DNA of 31,986 nucleotides from an uncultured virus (IMG/VR IMGVR_UViG_3300033149_003138). Lineage: Duplodnaviria; Heunggongvirae; Uroviricota; Caudoviricetes. The stretch is from IMG/VR virus record IMGVR_UViG_3300033149_003138; one strand, given 5' to 3'. The position numbers and the translations under genes were made by a program. Below, in pieces: positions 1-9,145 of this stretch. A model generated the notes under the pieces. That model was not told the origin of the DNA and made no database searches. It saw nothing but the letters and a program-made list of their open reading frames with translations. The first letter of the stretch is position 1. Each line of letters begins with the position of its first letter.

Positions 1-90
1 AAGTACATCGATAACCTCATCCAGCTTCTCGTAAGAGAAACAAGCATCCAGTCTTGTGATCTACCTGTTAAACCAAGGAGGCTTATCTAA
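1..90 (+). CDS. 3' end of a hypothetical protein (partial)
   Basis: Frame open from base 1 (KYIDNLIQLL...PRRLI*). Its TAA overlaps the next ATG (TAATG). Confidence 0.55.
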   Translation, partial: KYIDNLIQLLVRETSIQSCDLPVKPRRLI

Positions 91-482
91 TGAGCAAACC
101 CACCCAAAAGGAACTCATCAAGTTCAGAACTGATGAGAAGATTAGGCTCGAAAAAGAACGCCACAGGCTGTCAATGCTGGAGATGCAGACTGAACATAAA
201 CAGTATATCGAGGAACAGCAAATAGAGATAGAAAATTCCATAATATCCTTCAATAAAGAGTTGGAGAGACTTAAACATGAGTTAGAACTTGTAGAGAAAC
301 AGATGGAACTGACAAACGCACAGACCGAACTAGCAATCCAGTCTCAACAAGCATACGAAGCAATGAAAGATGCTAACATCAACCCTCAGCCTTTCGATGA
401 GGAACGGTTTGTCGAGATTTTCCTTAAAAAAATGATGGAACTCGATGAACTGAAGAAAAAAAACAAACATATTGGAGGCTGA
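90..482 (+). CDS. Coiled-coil hypothetical protein
   Basis: E/K/Q/L-rich heptad-like sequence; AGGAGG upstream. Confidence 0.75.
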   Translation: MSKPTQKELIKFRTDEKIRLEKERHRLSMLEMQTEHKQYIEEQQIEIENSIISFNKELERLKHELELVEKQMELTNAQTELAIQSQQAYEAMKDANINPQPFDEERFVEIFLKKMMELDELKKKNKHIGG

Positions 483-530
483 CTAAAAACGTCTCTAAAT
501 TCAGGTGGAGGAAATAAGCACATCCAGCTT

Positions 531-1013
531 GTGAAATCTGCCTCTCACCACGTTATTGAGACCTTCAACTTAGATAAGATGGAGGTTGGGTACGAGGAAC
601 GCGGTCTCGATGTTGACATACATATGAGGATGGGTCTTGGTGGTAGTGGCTACACTAATGCAAGGTTCAGTTTCAGACCTGACATGGTTGTATGCACCTT
701 CAAGAAGAGAGATGATAAATTGCGTTTTAGTGATAGAAAATGGGAGAAGTTTGAGGATAGTAATTGGATCGTCTTCGAGGCTGAGACCAACCCACGTAAC
801 ATATTCAACAATCTTCTGAAGATGACGGCATACGAGACGATCAGGGCAAAGCCTCAGCTTGGTCGTGTAGCCTATGCCTTTGTCCTTCTCACGTTCACTA
901 AATATGAAAAATTCTTGGCGAAACGAAGCATTGACCCTTTTGATGAGGCATGGCTTTTCAATGAGGAAAACATGCAGTCAGAGCCAAAGATAATACGGGA
1001 TGATACAATATGA
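531..1013 (+). CDS. Putative PD-(D/E)xK-fold nuclease-like protein
   Basis: FRPDMVV...IVFEAET resembles the PD...ExE/K catalytic arrangement; C-terminal FDEAWL strand. Confidence 0.45.
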   Translation: MKSASHHVIETFNLDKMEVGYEERGLDVDIHMRMGLGGSGYTNARFSFRPDMVVCTFKKRDDKLRFSDRKWEKFEDSNWIVFEAETNPRNIFNNLLKMTAYETIRAKPQLGRVAYAFVLLTFTKYEKFLAKRSIDPFDEAWLFNEENMQSEPKIIRDDTI

Positions 1014-1474
1014 ATCAACCTGTGTTTTTGACCCTGCAACTGCTTGGCATCCTTTTCATCACAGTAACGGTTCACGAGTTAGCCCACTACTTTGCCTGTA
1101 GACACTATGGCATACTCAGGGGCTATGGTATCTGGAAGGGAAACCCGACAATAGACAACTCCGACTATAATGCTGTTGTGGTCTTGGTTGGATTTCTCTC
1201 TTCAATTCCAATGTATCCCTTAATGTGGCTGGTGCCCATTTATGGATGGAGAGTCCCATTCTCCTACTGGATCATATACTGGGCAATCGCATCTGGATAT
1301 GACCTGTACCAGTTCTTCAAACACTCGATTCTAGGCATACCATACATGGATGAAACATACCCTGTAGGCGAATTGGGGGGGTGGTGGTTATACATACCAT
1401 ACAAGGAAGGTGGTTTATCTCTGTTTAAAGAACCACATCATCCCGTCCGTCAATACGGAGGGCAAATGGAGTGA
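1010..1474 (+). CDS. Membrane zinc metallopeptidase-like protein (HExxH, M50/zincin-like)
   Basis: Hydrophobic helix containing TVHELAH, further TM segments, and a downstream SGYDLY as possible third ligand. Confidence 0.6.
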   Translation: MNQPVFLTLQLLGILFITVTVHELAHYFACRHYGILRGYGIWKGNPTIDNSDYNAVVVLVGFLSSIPMYPLMWLVPIYGWRVPFSYWIIYWAIASGYDLYQFFKHSILGIPYMDETYPVGELGGWWLYIPYKEGGLSLFKEPHHPVRQYGGQME

Positions 1475-1608
1475 ATATCTGTTTTACTTGTGCTAAGAAT
1501 GAAACTAAGTGCAAGACGTTTCTATATAGAAAATGGTATGCTTACATGAGGGAATCTTGTACCCTATACTTCCAGAAAGAGGGAGAGTCGAAGGATGGTA
1601 TTTCCTAA
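1471..1608 (+). CDS. Small Cys-containing hypothetical protein (45 aa)
   Basis: GTG overlaps the previous stop (GTGA); MNICFTCAKNETKC...; fills the gap in the operon. Confidence 0.45.
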   Translation: MNICFTCAKNETKCKTFLYRKWYAYMRESCTLYFQKEGESKDGIS

Positions 1609-2137
1609 ACATTATGTAGGTCGCTATCCTAAGCTCGCCAAACATCTGAGTGAAAACGGGTTCATAGTTTACTCAATGGAAATGGTGTCGCGGGAGATAG
1701 TTCACCCAAAGAACTATGTTGTTGATGTGGTTGCAGTTAAATCAAATGAGATATGGGCTTTTGAGTATAAAAGTTTCAATGACCCTGTAAAAAAAGCTAA
1801 GTTACAAGTGGAAAATTATGTAAAATGTTTTGATCGTGTAGTAGTCGTGGCTGAAAATTTAACCGCTTTAACACGGCATAGAGAGTTTTTCCGTGAACTT
1901 GGGGTTGGGGTATGGTGGGTTAAAGATAATGTCTTTGAAGTTCTTGATGAGCCACAGCTTCAGAATCCTACTCTCTTAAAAAAACCTAACTTTTATCATA
2001 ATTGTAATAGCATCAGAGATGTGATGATGAGTAAATTTAAGAGATATATGGGGTTACAGAAATATAGGAAACTAAGCCTCCATCAAAAAGATTTAAAAAC
2101 CATGTTTGTCCGTCAATCGGAGGATCAAACGGAATGA
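1595..2137 (+). CDS. PD-(D/E)xK nuclease-family protein
   Basis: E...VVDVVAV...AFEYKS...QVENY...FDRVVVV...GVGVW is a typical D...ExK...QxxxY pattern. Confidence 0.7.
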   Translation: MVFPKHYVGRYPKLAKHLSENGFIVYSMEMVSREIVHPKNYVVDVVAVKSNEIWAFEYKSFNDPVKKAKLQVENYVKCFDRVVVVAENLTALTRHREFFRELGVGVWWVKDNVFEVLDEPQLQNPTLLKKPNFYHNCNSIRDVMMSKFKRYMGLQKYRKLSLHQKDLKTMFVRQSEDQTE

Positions 2138-2370
2138 TACAAGATATTGAGAAATTTAAGAAAGAGATGCTTGAGTGGGGGTACCAAGAGGATGTAGATT
2201 ATAAAATAATTGTAAACACCGAATCCTCAATTACGCTAGAGTTGATCAATATTGACCCTATGGAGGAAATTGTAACGATCCATGAGACAATACATAACTG
2301 TGATCCAAACTCTATCTATGATCTCAAGTTTCTGAAAATGGTGGTTAAATGGGTGAAGGAAGATGACTGA
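2134..2370 (+). CDS. Hypothetical protein
   Basis: ATGA overlap; GGAGGA upstream. Confidence 0.65.
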   Translation: MIQDIEKFKKEMLEWGYQEDVDYKIIVNTESSITLELINIDPMEEIVTIHETIHNCDPNSIYDLKFLKMVVKWVKEDD

Positions 2371-2623
2371 GAAAACGCTTTTATCCGTCATAATGGCTAT
2401 GTTCGACTTGTCCTCAGTGTGGTTCGGCTGGTTGACTCAACACTACTGGACTAAAAGCCTACATGCTCAGAACTATTATTGGACATCTGAACGAGTATTC
2501 CTTTTTACTTGGCTTCAGGAAATGGCTGTACTCTCTAGTTGCATGTTAGTTGTATCCGTCTGTCTTTTCCTTCTATTGCTACACAGGGTCTACAACATCC
2601 GAGTAAGTTGGGGTGATGAATAA
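2363..2623 (+). CDS. Small membrane protein (2 TM)
   Basis: Two hydrophobic segments; overlaps both neighbours. Confidence 0.6.
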   Translation: MTEKTLLSVIMAMFDLSSVWFGWLTQHYWTKSLHAQNYYWTSERVFLFTWLQEMAVLSSCMLVVSVCLFLLLLHRVYNIRVSWGDE

Positions 2624-3360
2624 TGCACTATAGATATGAGGCAAACATAACGGATTTCATAGATATGCTTATTGATAGGGGTATAGCCTTCAACGGGATC
2701 ATCACTGACAGCCCTTATGATGCCCTTGAGGAACACAGGGCTATCGGCACAACAACGAGACTCAAGAAAAGCTGGTTTCCCGTACTCACAATCGATGAGA
2801 TCACCCAGATAATGAATCTGATGCTAGACCTACTGAAAAAGGGTAGTCATGTCTACTTCTGGGGCAACACGGTCAGCATCTATGACTTCAAGGATATGTT
2901 CAAGAGCCTTGGCTACGAGTACAACAACACACTGTTCTGGGTGAAGACAGGTAACTTAGGCATGGGCTACAGCTACCGAAACAACTGCGAACCCATCCTC
3001 TTCGTAAGCAAGGGAACCAGAAGAAGCCTGAGAGACAAATCCACCAAGAACGTCTTCAGCTATCCCAGCCCCTACCATAGAAACAGCGACATGCCTCCAT
3101 ACGCAAAGCCCCCGATAATCTATGAGAGGATACTGAAGACGGCTAGTGAAGAGGAAGACCTTTGGCTAGACCCCTTCGCAGGAACAGACCCGATGAGCCT
3201 AACAGAAGGGAAGACGCTTACCGCTAAGGTGGATGGTAAATGGAAGTCATGGCAAATCAAAACAGCCTCAGTTGACATCAAGTACCCAGATCAAGCGTAT
3301 CCCTTCACCCTATCTTCTTTGGATACTGTTAGACTTGACTTAGGGGAGGTGAAACTATGA
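2623..3360 (+). CDS. DNA N6-adenine/N4-cytosine methyltransferase, beta class
   Basis: Motif IV-like IITDSPY near the N-terminus; LFWVK-GMG-YR-EPILF; AKP; motif I WLDPFAGT near the C-terminus. Confidence 0.8.
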   Translation: MHYRYEANITDFIDMLIDRGIAFNGIITDSPYDALEEHRAIGTTTRLKKSWFPVLTIDEITQIMNLMLDLLKKGSHVYFWGNTVSIYDFKDMFKSLGYEYNNTLFWVKTGNLGMGYSYRNNCEPILFVSKGTRRSLRDKSTKNVFSYPSPYHRNSDMPPYAKPPIIYERILKTASEEEDLWLDPFAGTDPMSLTEGKTLTAKVDGKWKSWQIKTASVDIKYPDQAYPFTLSSLDTVRLDLGEVKL

Positions 3361-3989
3361 AAGCATTGAAAACCCTTGGGATATTGATTTGCCTTTCAGC
3401 TTGCCTTTCTCTAATAGGATCGGCAATAATGCTTAAGAATGCAAACGGAATAAACAGGGAAACTAAGCCAACAGATTCGGTGAAAGACCCGTTTTGGTCT
3501 TACCACGCCACAACCTCTGAAACAGTGATTGGATATAATATGACACCCATTGAACCTCCAGATACACCAGTCTTCAAAATAGAAGCTGATAAACTTGTTG
3601 ACCTGATTGAGCCTTTCAACTTAGTCACTTTCATATGGGAGGCTCTTAAGGATGGAGATGACTATGATCAGCTAGATGTTGATGCTTCCTTCCACATGAA
3701 CGATACAACAATCTTCATGTCCTTCTACAACGTGAACATATTGTACGACGGAGACCTCATCACGCAACAGCTAGATGTAGACGAAATACATGCCGTCTTC
3801 AAAAACAACCTCAATGATACCACGGGTATAGGCTTCCTAGCAAACTATTACATAGAGTACAGCAACTTGACTATAACCCAGACGCTACATAACTCACTAT
3901 TGGGAGGCTCTATCGATGTCTACCAAGTTGACGGTAACATGAAGGTATCACACCACTACAGCCCATACGTTCCAAAGGATTGGTCTTGA
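3357..3989 (+). CDS. Secreted or membrane-anchored hypothetical glycoprotein
   Basis: N-terminal hydrophobic signal, several N-x-T sequons, GGAGGTGA SD. Confidence 0.7.
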   Translation: MKALKTLGILICLSACLSLIGSAIMLKNANGINRETKPTDSVKDPFWSYHATTSETVIGYNMTPIEPPDTPVFKIEADKLVDLIEPFNLVTFIWEALKDGDDYDQLDVDASFHMNDTTIFMSFYNVNILYDGDLITQQLDVDEIHAVFKNNLNDTTGIGFLANYYIEYSNLTITQTLHNSLLGGSIDVYQVDGNMKVSHHYSPYVPKDWS

Positions 3990-4002
3990 AGGAGGTGAAT
4001 AA

Positions 4003-4212
4003 ATGCCTAAGAAAATAAGGCTTGAGATGCCAAGTTCAGTTGAGCAGTCAGGGAGTCTTGTGCTTGAGATGTCCACTGCTGATCCCAACAACTCAGACAT
4101 ATCGGTGATGATAAAGGATGCAAGTGGAGCAGATAAAGTCACCACCGCTGTAGATGCCTTCGATTTATTGATGGCTATCGATGCAATCAGAGCCTACTTC
4201 CCCTACATGTGA
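4003..4212 (+). CDS. Hypothetical protein
   Basis: Perfect GGAGGTGA SD just before the ATG. Confidence 0.75.
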   Translation: MPKKIRLEMPSSVEQSGSLVLEMSTADPNNSDISVMIKDASGADKVTTAVDAFDLLMAIDAIRAYFPYM

Positions 4213-4454
4213 TACAATTTGTATCAATTGGTCTCCATATGGAGGAAGGGGTGACTGGGGTGGGTTTCATGGCGTGGGTGTCTACCCTACTCAGGGTTCA
4301 AGACCTAGTGAGATAAGCCCCATCACCCCAAAACCTATATATTCAGACGATAACTCACACCCAGTTTCACACCCAACCCAATGTTACGATACCTGAAAGT
4401 GTGCTGAGGGGTGATGAAGGGGTCTAAAAGCCCCCGAACCCCATATTTTAAAAC

Positions 4455-4484
4455 TGGTATCTAATACCATAAACCTTTTATACA
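4455..4484 (+). promoter_or_regulatory. Archaeal BRE/TATA promoter with an adjacent inverted repeat
   Basis: AAACCTTTTATA at 4471-4482, about 30 nt before ATG 4512. TGGTAT-cta-ATACCA at 4455-4469 lies directly upstream. Confidence 0.6.
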
Positions 4485-4511
4485 TTCTCAGTGTAGAACC
4501 TTCGAGTAAGT

Positions 4512-4886
4512 ATGGCAGTAATAGAAACTTATCTAGGAAGCCTTGAGATAACGGGTCTCAGGGAAGATTCCCTTGGATTCCACGTCTTTACAGGTAGCGA
4601 AAAAGAAGGGAACGCTAGGTCTTGGATGGTCTCAGAGGAAGACTATGAAGCATTCAAGACCCAGATGGATGAGGTTGAGCCTGACAAGTCTGTTTTCTTT
4701 GCCAACCACTCTCACTGCTGGTTCTGTGGGAGGAAGATCAGTAAACCCAAACTTCTCGTGAAGGAAGGCATGTACAGCTACGGTAGCTTCGTCGGCTACA
4801 AGGTCACTGGGGTCATACACGCTTCATGTGCAGAGAAAGCAGAAGAAGAGTACAAAGGCTATCAATTCAAGGTTGTTGAGGCATAG
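4512..4886 (+). CDS. Putative Zn-finger protein
   Basis: CWFC...HASC (CxxC...HxxC). Confidence 0.65.
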   Translation: MAVIETYLGSLEITGLREDSLGFHVFTGSEKEGNARSWMVSEEDYEAFKTQMDEVEPDKSVFFANHSHCWFCGRKISKPKLLVKEGMYSYGSFVGYKVTGVIHASCAEKAEEEYKGYQFKVVEA

Positions 4887-5092
4887 TGGTCAGCAAGAAA
4901 GACATCAGGGCAATAGCCAACCTCCTTAACAAATACGAGGAGGAATTTCAGGAATTAAATGCCCAAGAACCCAGATCAGCTAGACAAATCAGTGATATTC
5001 AGATGCAAGTCGCAGGTGTCAACGACGTGATTGATGCTCTCGACATCAATTATAATGACATCTACAGGGCACAAAGGGGAGACCCAATCTAA
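4886..5092 (+). CDS. Hypothetical helical protein
   Basis: Start overlaps the previous stop (TAGTG). Confidence 0.65.
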   Translation: MVSKKDIRAIANLLNKYEEEFQELNAQEPRSARQISDIQMQVAGVNDVIDALDINYNDIYRAQRGDPI

Positions 5093-5203
5093 ATGTTTCC
5101 CTCAGAATATTATTGGGATGAAGAGGCACAGGCTTACCACGCATTGCTTGAGTTGGCTGAGGATGACGAAATCATGGAAAGGGAGGGCTGTCAGCTAGAA
5201 TGA
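5093..5203 (+). CDS. Small acidic hypothetical protein (36 aa)
   Basis: MFPSEYYWDEEAQ...; begins right after the previous stop and ends in an ATGA overlap. Confidence 0.5.
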   Translation: MFPSEYYWDEEAQAYHALLELAEDDEIMEREGCQLE

Positions 5204-5607
5204 AGATCATTCTCCTTGGATACACTGGGAAGGGAAGCTACCTGCTTGGAGATGGACATCTCTTCCCCATTACACGTAAGTTCAGACCTCCAGCAACCAT
5301 TGAGTTTCAGACAGATGAGGAAGACAAAGGCACGAAGACACCAATACTCATCAACATGTCAGCACCCAACAACTACTACGTGAACATTACCGATTATCGG
5401 GGGTACACTGATCAAATATTCGATGTTGAGTGGAACATGGGTGGGGAAATAGTGAGACACGAGGGACTAAAACCAACCTCCAGTATTGGAGGTAACTTCA
5501 GGCAGAATATTCATCCAATACCTCTTACAATCGAAAAAATGTTCGAGTTGGCTAAGAATAAAAAACCACTCACGATCAGCGTGACTTATAGAAGGGGGAG
5601 ATCATAG
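5200..5607 (+). CDS. Hypothetical protein
   Basis: 135-aa ORF with GGGAGG upstream. Confidence 0.7.
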   Translation: MKIILLGYTGKGSYLLGDGHLFPITRKFRPPATIEFQTDEEDKGTKTPILINMSAPNNYYVNITDYRGYTDQIFDVEWNMGGEIVRHEGLKPTSSIGGNFRQNIHPIPLTIEKMFELAKNKKPLTISVTYRRGRS

Positions 5608-5638
5608 AGTGGGTCATAATTACGCGGGAGGTGACTGT

Positions 5639-5764
5639 ATGAAAGCTAGGGGCTTGGAGGACTTCACCTTTGCTGAGAGGCTGTATGTAGCTTTGGCACT
5701 CACAGCACTCATTATAGGCATGATGGTAAGAGACTTCGTTGACACAGTAAGGAGGTTGATCTGA
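5639..5764 (+). CDS. Small single-TM protein (41 aa)
   Basis: GGAGGTGA SD; MKARGLEDFTFAERLYVALALTALIIGMMV... Confidence 0.6.
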   Translation: MKARGLEDFTFAERLYVALALTALIIGMMVRDFVDTVRRLI

Positions 5765-5846
5765 AACGGAATACCTTGAGTGGACTTGCTTCTGTGGTGC
5801 AACCTTCAGGCACGAGACCAAGGTTCTGCTTGGTCTAGCCAAGAAG

Positions 5847-6257
5847 ATGCACCTTCTAAACAAGCATAGTGTTCATAACGACATCGAGAGAATAGCCTGT
5901 ATGCAGACCTTCTTTAAAGGAAAAGAAGATGCAACAAAGTTTGTCCTTCCTCAGATTGATGCAAACGATCCTTGGTGGAACGCATACATGGATGGTTGGG
6001 AGTCTCAGGAGAATAAGAAGAACCCTATTGAATATGCTGGTGTCGCAAAGACTACAATGGATGTCTACGGGGGAAGAAGCAGGAAACTGAGCAAGATGCA
6101 CAAGATACCTGAAGGCACCGAGGTCGTACTTTACAGAGACCTGAGATCACCGTGGTCAGGATACCTTCTAAAGTTCCCCAAGCTGAAGACGCTTCAAGGC
6201 TTCTTCGATGAGGACTGCTTTGAAATCCTAGAAAGTAAAGAGGTAAATGAAACATGA
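5847..6257 (+). CDS. Hypothetical protein; frame extends upstream to 5760 with a C2H2-like motif
   Basis: The in-frame upstream extension reads WTCFCGATF...KKMHLLNKH. True start uncertain. Confidence 0.65.
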   Translation: MHLLNKHSVHNDIERIACMQTFFKGKEDATKFVLPQIDANDPWWNAYMDGWESQENKKNPIEYAGVAKTTMDVYGGRSRKLSKMHKIPEGTEVVLYRDLRSPWSGYLLKFPKLKTLQGFFDEDCFEILESKEVNET

Positions 6258-6481
6258 CTCTCTACAAGGTATTCATCGGCATCGTTGAGGCTGGGGGAGA
6301 GGATGAACATGATGTTAAACTTTCAAGTGTCGAATGGGTTGCCTCTGTGCCTCTAACAATAGAAACTGCAAGGGAGGTCAACGAGAGAGTGGATGAAGCA
6401 CTCATCCTTTGGGAGGAAGAACATGGACATAACCCTTTTCCACCCGACGCTGAGAAAGACCCAGACTTGGAGGAATCTTAA
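6254..6481 (+). CDS. Acidic hypothetical protein
   Basis: ATGA overlap; part of the operon. Confidence 0.65.
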   Translation: MTLYKVFIGIVEAGGEDEHDVKLSSVEWVASVPLTIETAREVNERVDEALILWEEEHGHNPFPPDAEKDPDLEES

Positions 6482-6957
6482 TGGAGAAAATAACGAAAGA
6501 AGAGTATCTTAGAAAATGGTTTGAGCATATAGATCAGATTGAAAAGATACCGACATTCGATTCAACGCTACATGCTCAACTCACGGAATCCATCAAAAAA
6601 CTGAAGAAAGTAATCATCAGGGCATCTAGGCAGATGTATTACTTTGAGGATGGTGAAGGCTATTCCCAACTGCTTGAGAAATTCAAAGACGATCCCACGA
6701 GACCTGACTTGTCTGCTTTCACAAGTGATGATTATCTATCAGAGGTGCCATTTGACCAGAGATCAGACCTTTGGGGCTCTGTGCTGAAACACTTTCAGAT
6801 GACTTCCTGTATAAACGCTGATTCTGTTCAGTCTTATAAAATGACCAGTGAAGGCTTCAATAAAATCTATCTGATGTGTCACAGGCTTCTCCAGAAAGGC
6901 ATCTGTTTGACTGCTTTAACTACACCAAACCCAAGGAGGAATCGTAATGGAAAATAA
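6481..6957 (+). CDS. Hypothetical protein
   Basis: TAATG overlap; GGAGG SD. Confidence 0.7.
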   Translation: MEKITKEEYLRKWFEHIDQIEKIPTFDSTLHAQLTESIKKLKKVIIRASRQMYYFEDGEGYSQLLEKFKDDPTRPDLSAFTSDDYLSEVPFDQRSDLWGSVLKHFQMTSCINADSVQSYKMTSEGFNKIYLMCHRLLQKGICLTALTTPNPRRNRNGK

Positions 6958-7138
6958 TGAACGAGAAGCATATTGGAGTTGGATAGACTTCCTTGGAACC
7001 GATGTGGATGATCATGTTTGGCATACCCATCTATACATGGGTTCTATTGGACTGATCAAAGTCCCTGATTCTTGGCGATGGTGGTGTGATGGAGAATGGT
7101 ATCTTAGGTTTTCTAGTCAACTAAAGAGGGATAGATAA
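6947..7138 (+). CDS. Trp-rich small hypothetical protein
   Basis: AGGAGG SD; overlaps neighbours. Confidence 0.55.
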   Translation: MENNEREAYWSWIDFLGTDVDDHVWHTHLYMGSIGLIKVPDSWRWWCDGEWYLRFSSQLKRDR

Positions 7139-7818
7139 TGAAGATATTCGAGGTTCCAAGAAACTGGAGGACAATCGATTACCCAGAGGACACTATCGGT
7201 AGTGCAAGCATCACCAAGACGGAGTACGATGAGGGATTTCAGTTGATGGAGGGTGTAGACGGATACGAGTTGTCCCAGACTATTGAACCCATCACAATCA
7301 CTGAACTGAACATCGACGGAGAAACCGTGATGATAGATGACCCTATGCACTGGATAGGCATGAAGAAACTTGCTGAAGCCTGTGAAGGCAGAGTCCTCAT
7401 CGGGGGTCTGGGTCTTGGCTTGATACTCCACCACCTAGTCAAAAACGACAAGGTATCCAAGGTTGACGTTGTTGAGATCAACGAAGATGTGATAACCCTA
7501 ATCAAACCACTTCTTCCCAGAGACGACAGAGTAACCGTACACCACCACGACATATTTGCCCACAGGTGGGTACACAGAGACTATGACACAATCGTTCTCG
7601 ATCTCTGGGTAAAACACGATAACGAGGCAATGACGATCGCAGGGGCAGTGGGGGGTATGAGTCTGATACCAACCTACATGCGTTTCAAGGCAAACAACCC
7701 CCACTCCAAGATATACGTCTGGGGGCACCGTGACTCAGCAATAAATCCCGCCGTAGAGCCTGTCAGTGAAGAGTACATGGCACTCGTGAGAAACATGACT
7801 GAGTTGGAGGCGAACTAG
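7138..7818 (+). CDS. Class I SAM-dependent methyltransferase, spermidine-synthase-like
   Basis: VLIGGLGLG (motif I), VDVVEINEDVI, HHDIF, YDTIVLDLW. Confidence 0.8.
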   Translation: MKIFEVPRNWRTIDYPEDTIGSASITKTEYDEGFQLMEGVDGYELSQTIEPITITELNIDGETVMIDDPMHWIGMKKLAEACEGRVLIGGLGLGLILHHLVKNDKVSKVDVVEINEDVITLIKPLLPRDDRVTVHHHDIFAHRWVHRDYDTIVLDLWVKHDNEAMTIAGAVGGMSLIPTYMRFKANNPHSKIYVWGHRDSAINPAVEPVSEEYMALVRNMTELEAN

Positions 7819-7822
7819 AGGC

Positions 7823-7945
7823 GTGACGATCCAAAAGGAAGTGGCTAAGGTCTACTTGAAAGAACTTACTCCCCTGCCTGACACCCAGTTTTTCCACACA
7901 AAAAACACCAGAGAACGGGATGAAACTCTCAAGAGGAATCTATGA
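7823..7945 (+). CDS. Small hypothetical protein (40 aa)
   Basis: GTG start after GGAGG/GAGG; its stop overlaps the next ATG. Confidence 0.4.
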   Translation: MTIQKEVAKVYLKELTPLPDTQFFHTKNTRERDETLKRNL

Positions 7946-8337
7946 TGAAAGAAACAGCGACAATGAAACCACTCATCGATGCAAACCGAGTCGGAGAAAT
8001 CTATGAAGCCTGTCTCTCCAAGGAGGGAAAAGAAGTAGAGGTTTGCGGTAAACATACCTTCAACTTCTCAAAAGTAGAAGAACATAAAGATGAGATACTG
8101 AAGATGCTAATGAACCTTCCATTGGAGTTTAGAGAGAAAGAGGGTGGAGGTTGGAGTTTCCTTAAAGCCTGTAACGACAAAAACGATATACAGTGGACTG
8201 GGTTTCACGCAAGGATGGAGCAACTATTTGCTCTTGGCGTTGCCATAGACAGAGTGGTTTTACTTCTCCCGAGATCGCTATGGAGTTCCCTTCCTGCTGG
8301 GATGCCATACCTGACGATAAAGGATGATGGATCATGA
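7942..8337 (+). CDS. Conserved viral hypothetical protein
   Basis: GGGWSFLKACNDK..QWTG.H..MEQLFALG...LPAGMPY resembles a motif I recall from uncharacterised phage proteins; not verified. Confidence 0.65.
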   Translation: MMKETATMKPLIDANRVGEIYEACLSKEGKEVEVCGKHTFNFSKVEEHKDEILKMLMNLPLEFREKEGGGWSFLKACNDKNDIQWTGFHARMEQLFALGVAIDRVVLLLPRSLWSSLPAGMPYLTIKDDGS

Positions 8338-8552
8338 TGTCTAAAGAAAGAGTCAAACGGATAAAACGGGTGCCCATCCGTGGGGGGATTCCCCTTAAAC
8401 GAATACATACTTTGACCTGTCTCTGTGAACACGAGTTTACCGTGGACTTGGATGCAAGAAACATGGGTGACGAAATTCACTGTCCTAAGTGTGGGGTACT
8501 ATTAGGAAAAATAGAAGACGTTATCTTCAAAAAATGGAGGGTTGAGTGGTGA
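8334..8552 (+). CDS. Zn-ribbon protein
   Basis: CLC...CPKCG. Confidence 0.65.
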   Translation: MMSKERVKRIKRVPIRGGIPLKRIHTLTCLCEHEFTVDLDARNMGDEIHCPKCGVLLGKIEDVIFKKWRVEW

Positions 8553-9145
8553 ATGTAACAGGAAGAAACCCAGTTGAAGTGAACATAGCTATAAATGAGG
8601 AATGCGCTAAGGAGAACCAGAAAAGCCATATAATCGTTCAGCTAGAAGATGGGTCTCTCATCAACCTTGTGGGAGTAGAGACTAGCTTCCTAAGCATTCT
8701 CGTGGATAAGACCAACAAACATCTAGCATACCTTGTACACAAGAATGACCTCGATAAAAAAGAAGCCGTAATAGACTTTCTGGAGAACGGTTCCAACCAC
8801 GAAGCTGAGGAAGAGACCACACCACCAGATATGCCCAATGGGGAGGAATCTACTTGGAGAGACCTTGAATATAACTACAAGAAGGTGGGGAAATTCAGAG
8901 TTGATTCTGGGAAAGTTGGTAGAACTGTCTGGTTTGAATCTGACAAGGACTATCCTAACGATGTAGAACCCATCAGCAATCTGAAGGATTGGCTGGATGA
9001 TCTTCTCGACATGGGGGTGACCTATAAGTTCCATAACGATATGACAAGTGCTTTCATGGTATCTACTCCATCTAAATACGGTATATCTGAACTTCTTAGA
9101 AGAACATCCATTGCATACGATAAACTCAAGGAGGGGTTTTTCTGA
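8546..9145 (+). CDS. Hypothetical protein
   Basis: 199-aa ORF with GGAGG upstream. Confidence 0.7.
   Translation: MVNVTGRNPVEVNIAINEECAKENQKSHIIVQLEDGSLINLVGVETSFLSILVDKTNKHLAYLVHKNDLDKKEAVIDFLENGSNHEAEEETTPPDMPNGEESTWRDLEYNYKKVGKFRVDSGKVGRTVWFESDKDYPNDVEPISNLKDWLDDLLDMGVTYKFHNDMTSAFMVSTPSKYGISELLRRTSIAYDKLKEGFF

Noticed and set aside
4181..4396. 71-aa ORF across the intergenic island
   Set aside because: It overlaps a well-supported gene out of frame, has no SD, and covers palindrome- and promoter-rich DNA.
7138..7818. Calling this gene speE (spermidine synthase)
   Set aside because: Only the SAM-binding fold motifs are visible; GGLGLG replaces GGGDG and the substrate is unknown.
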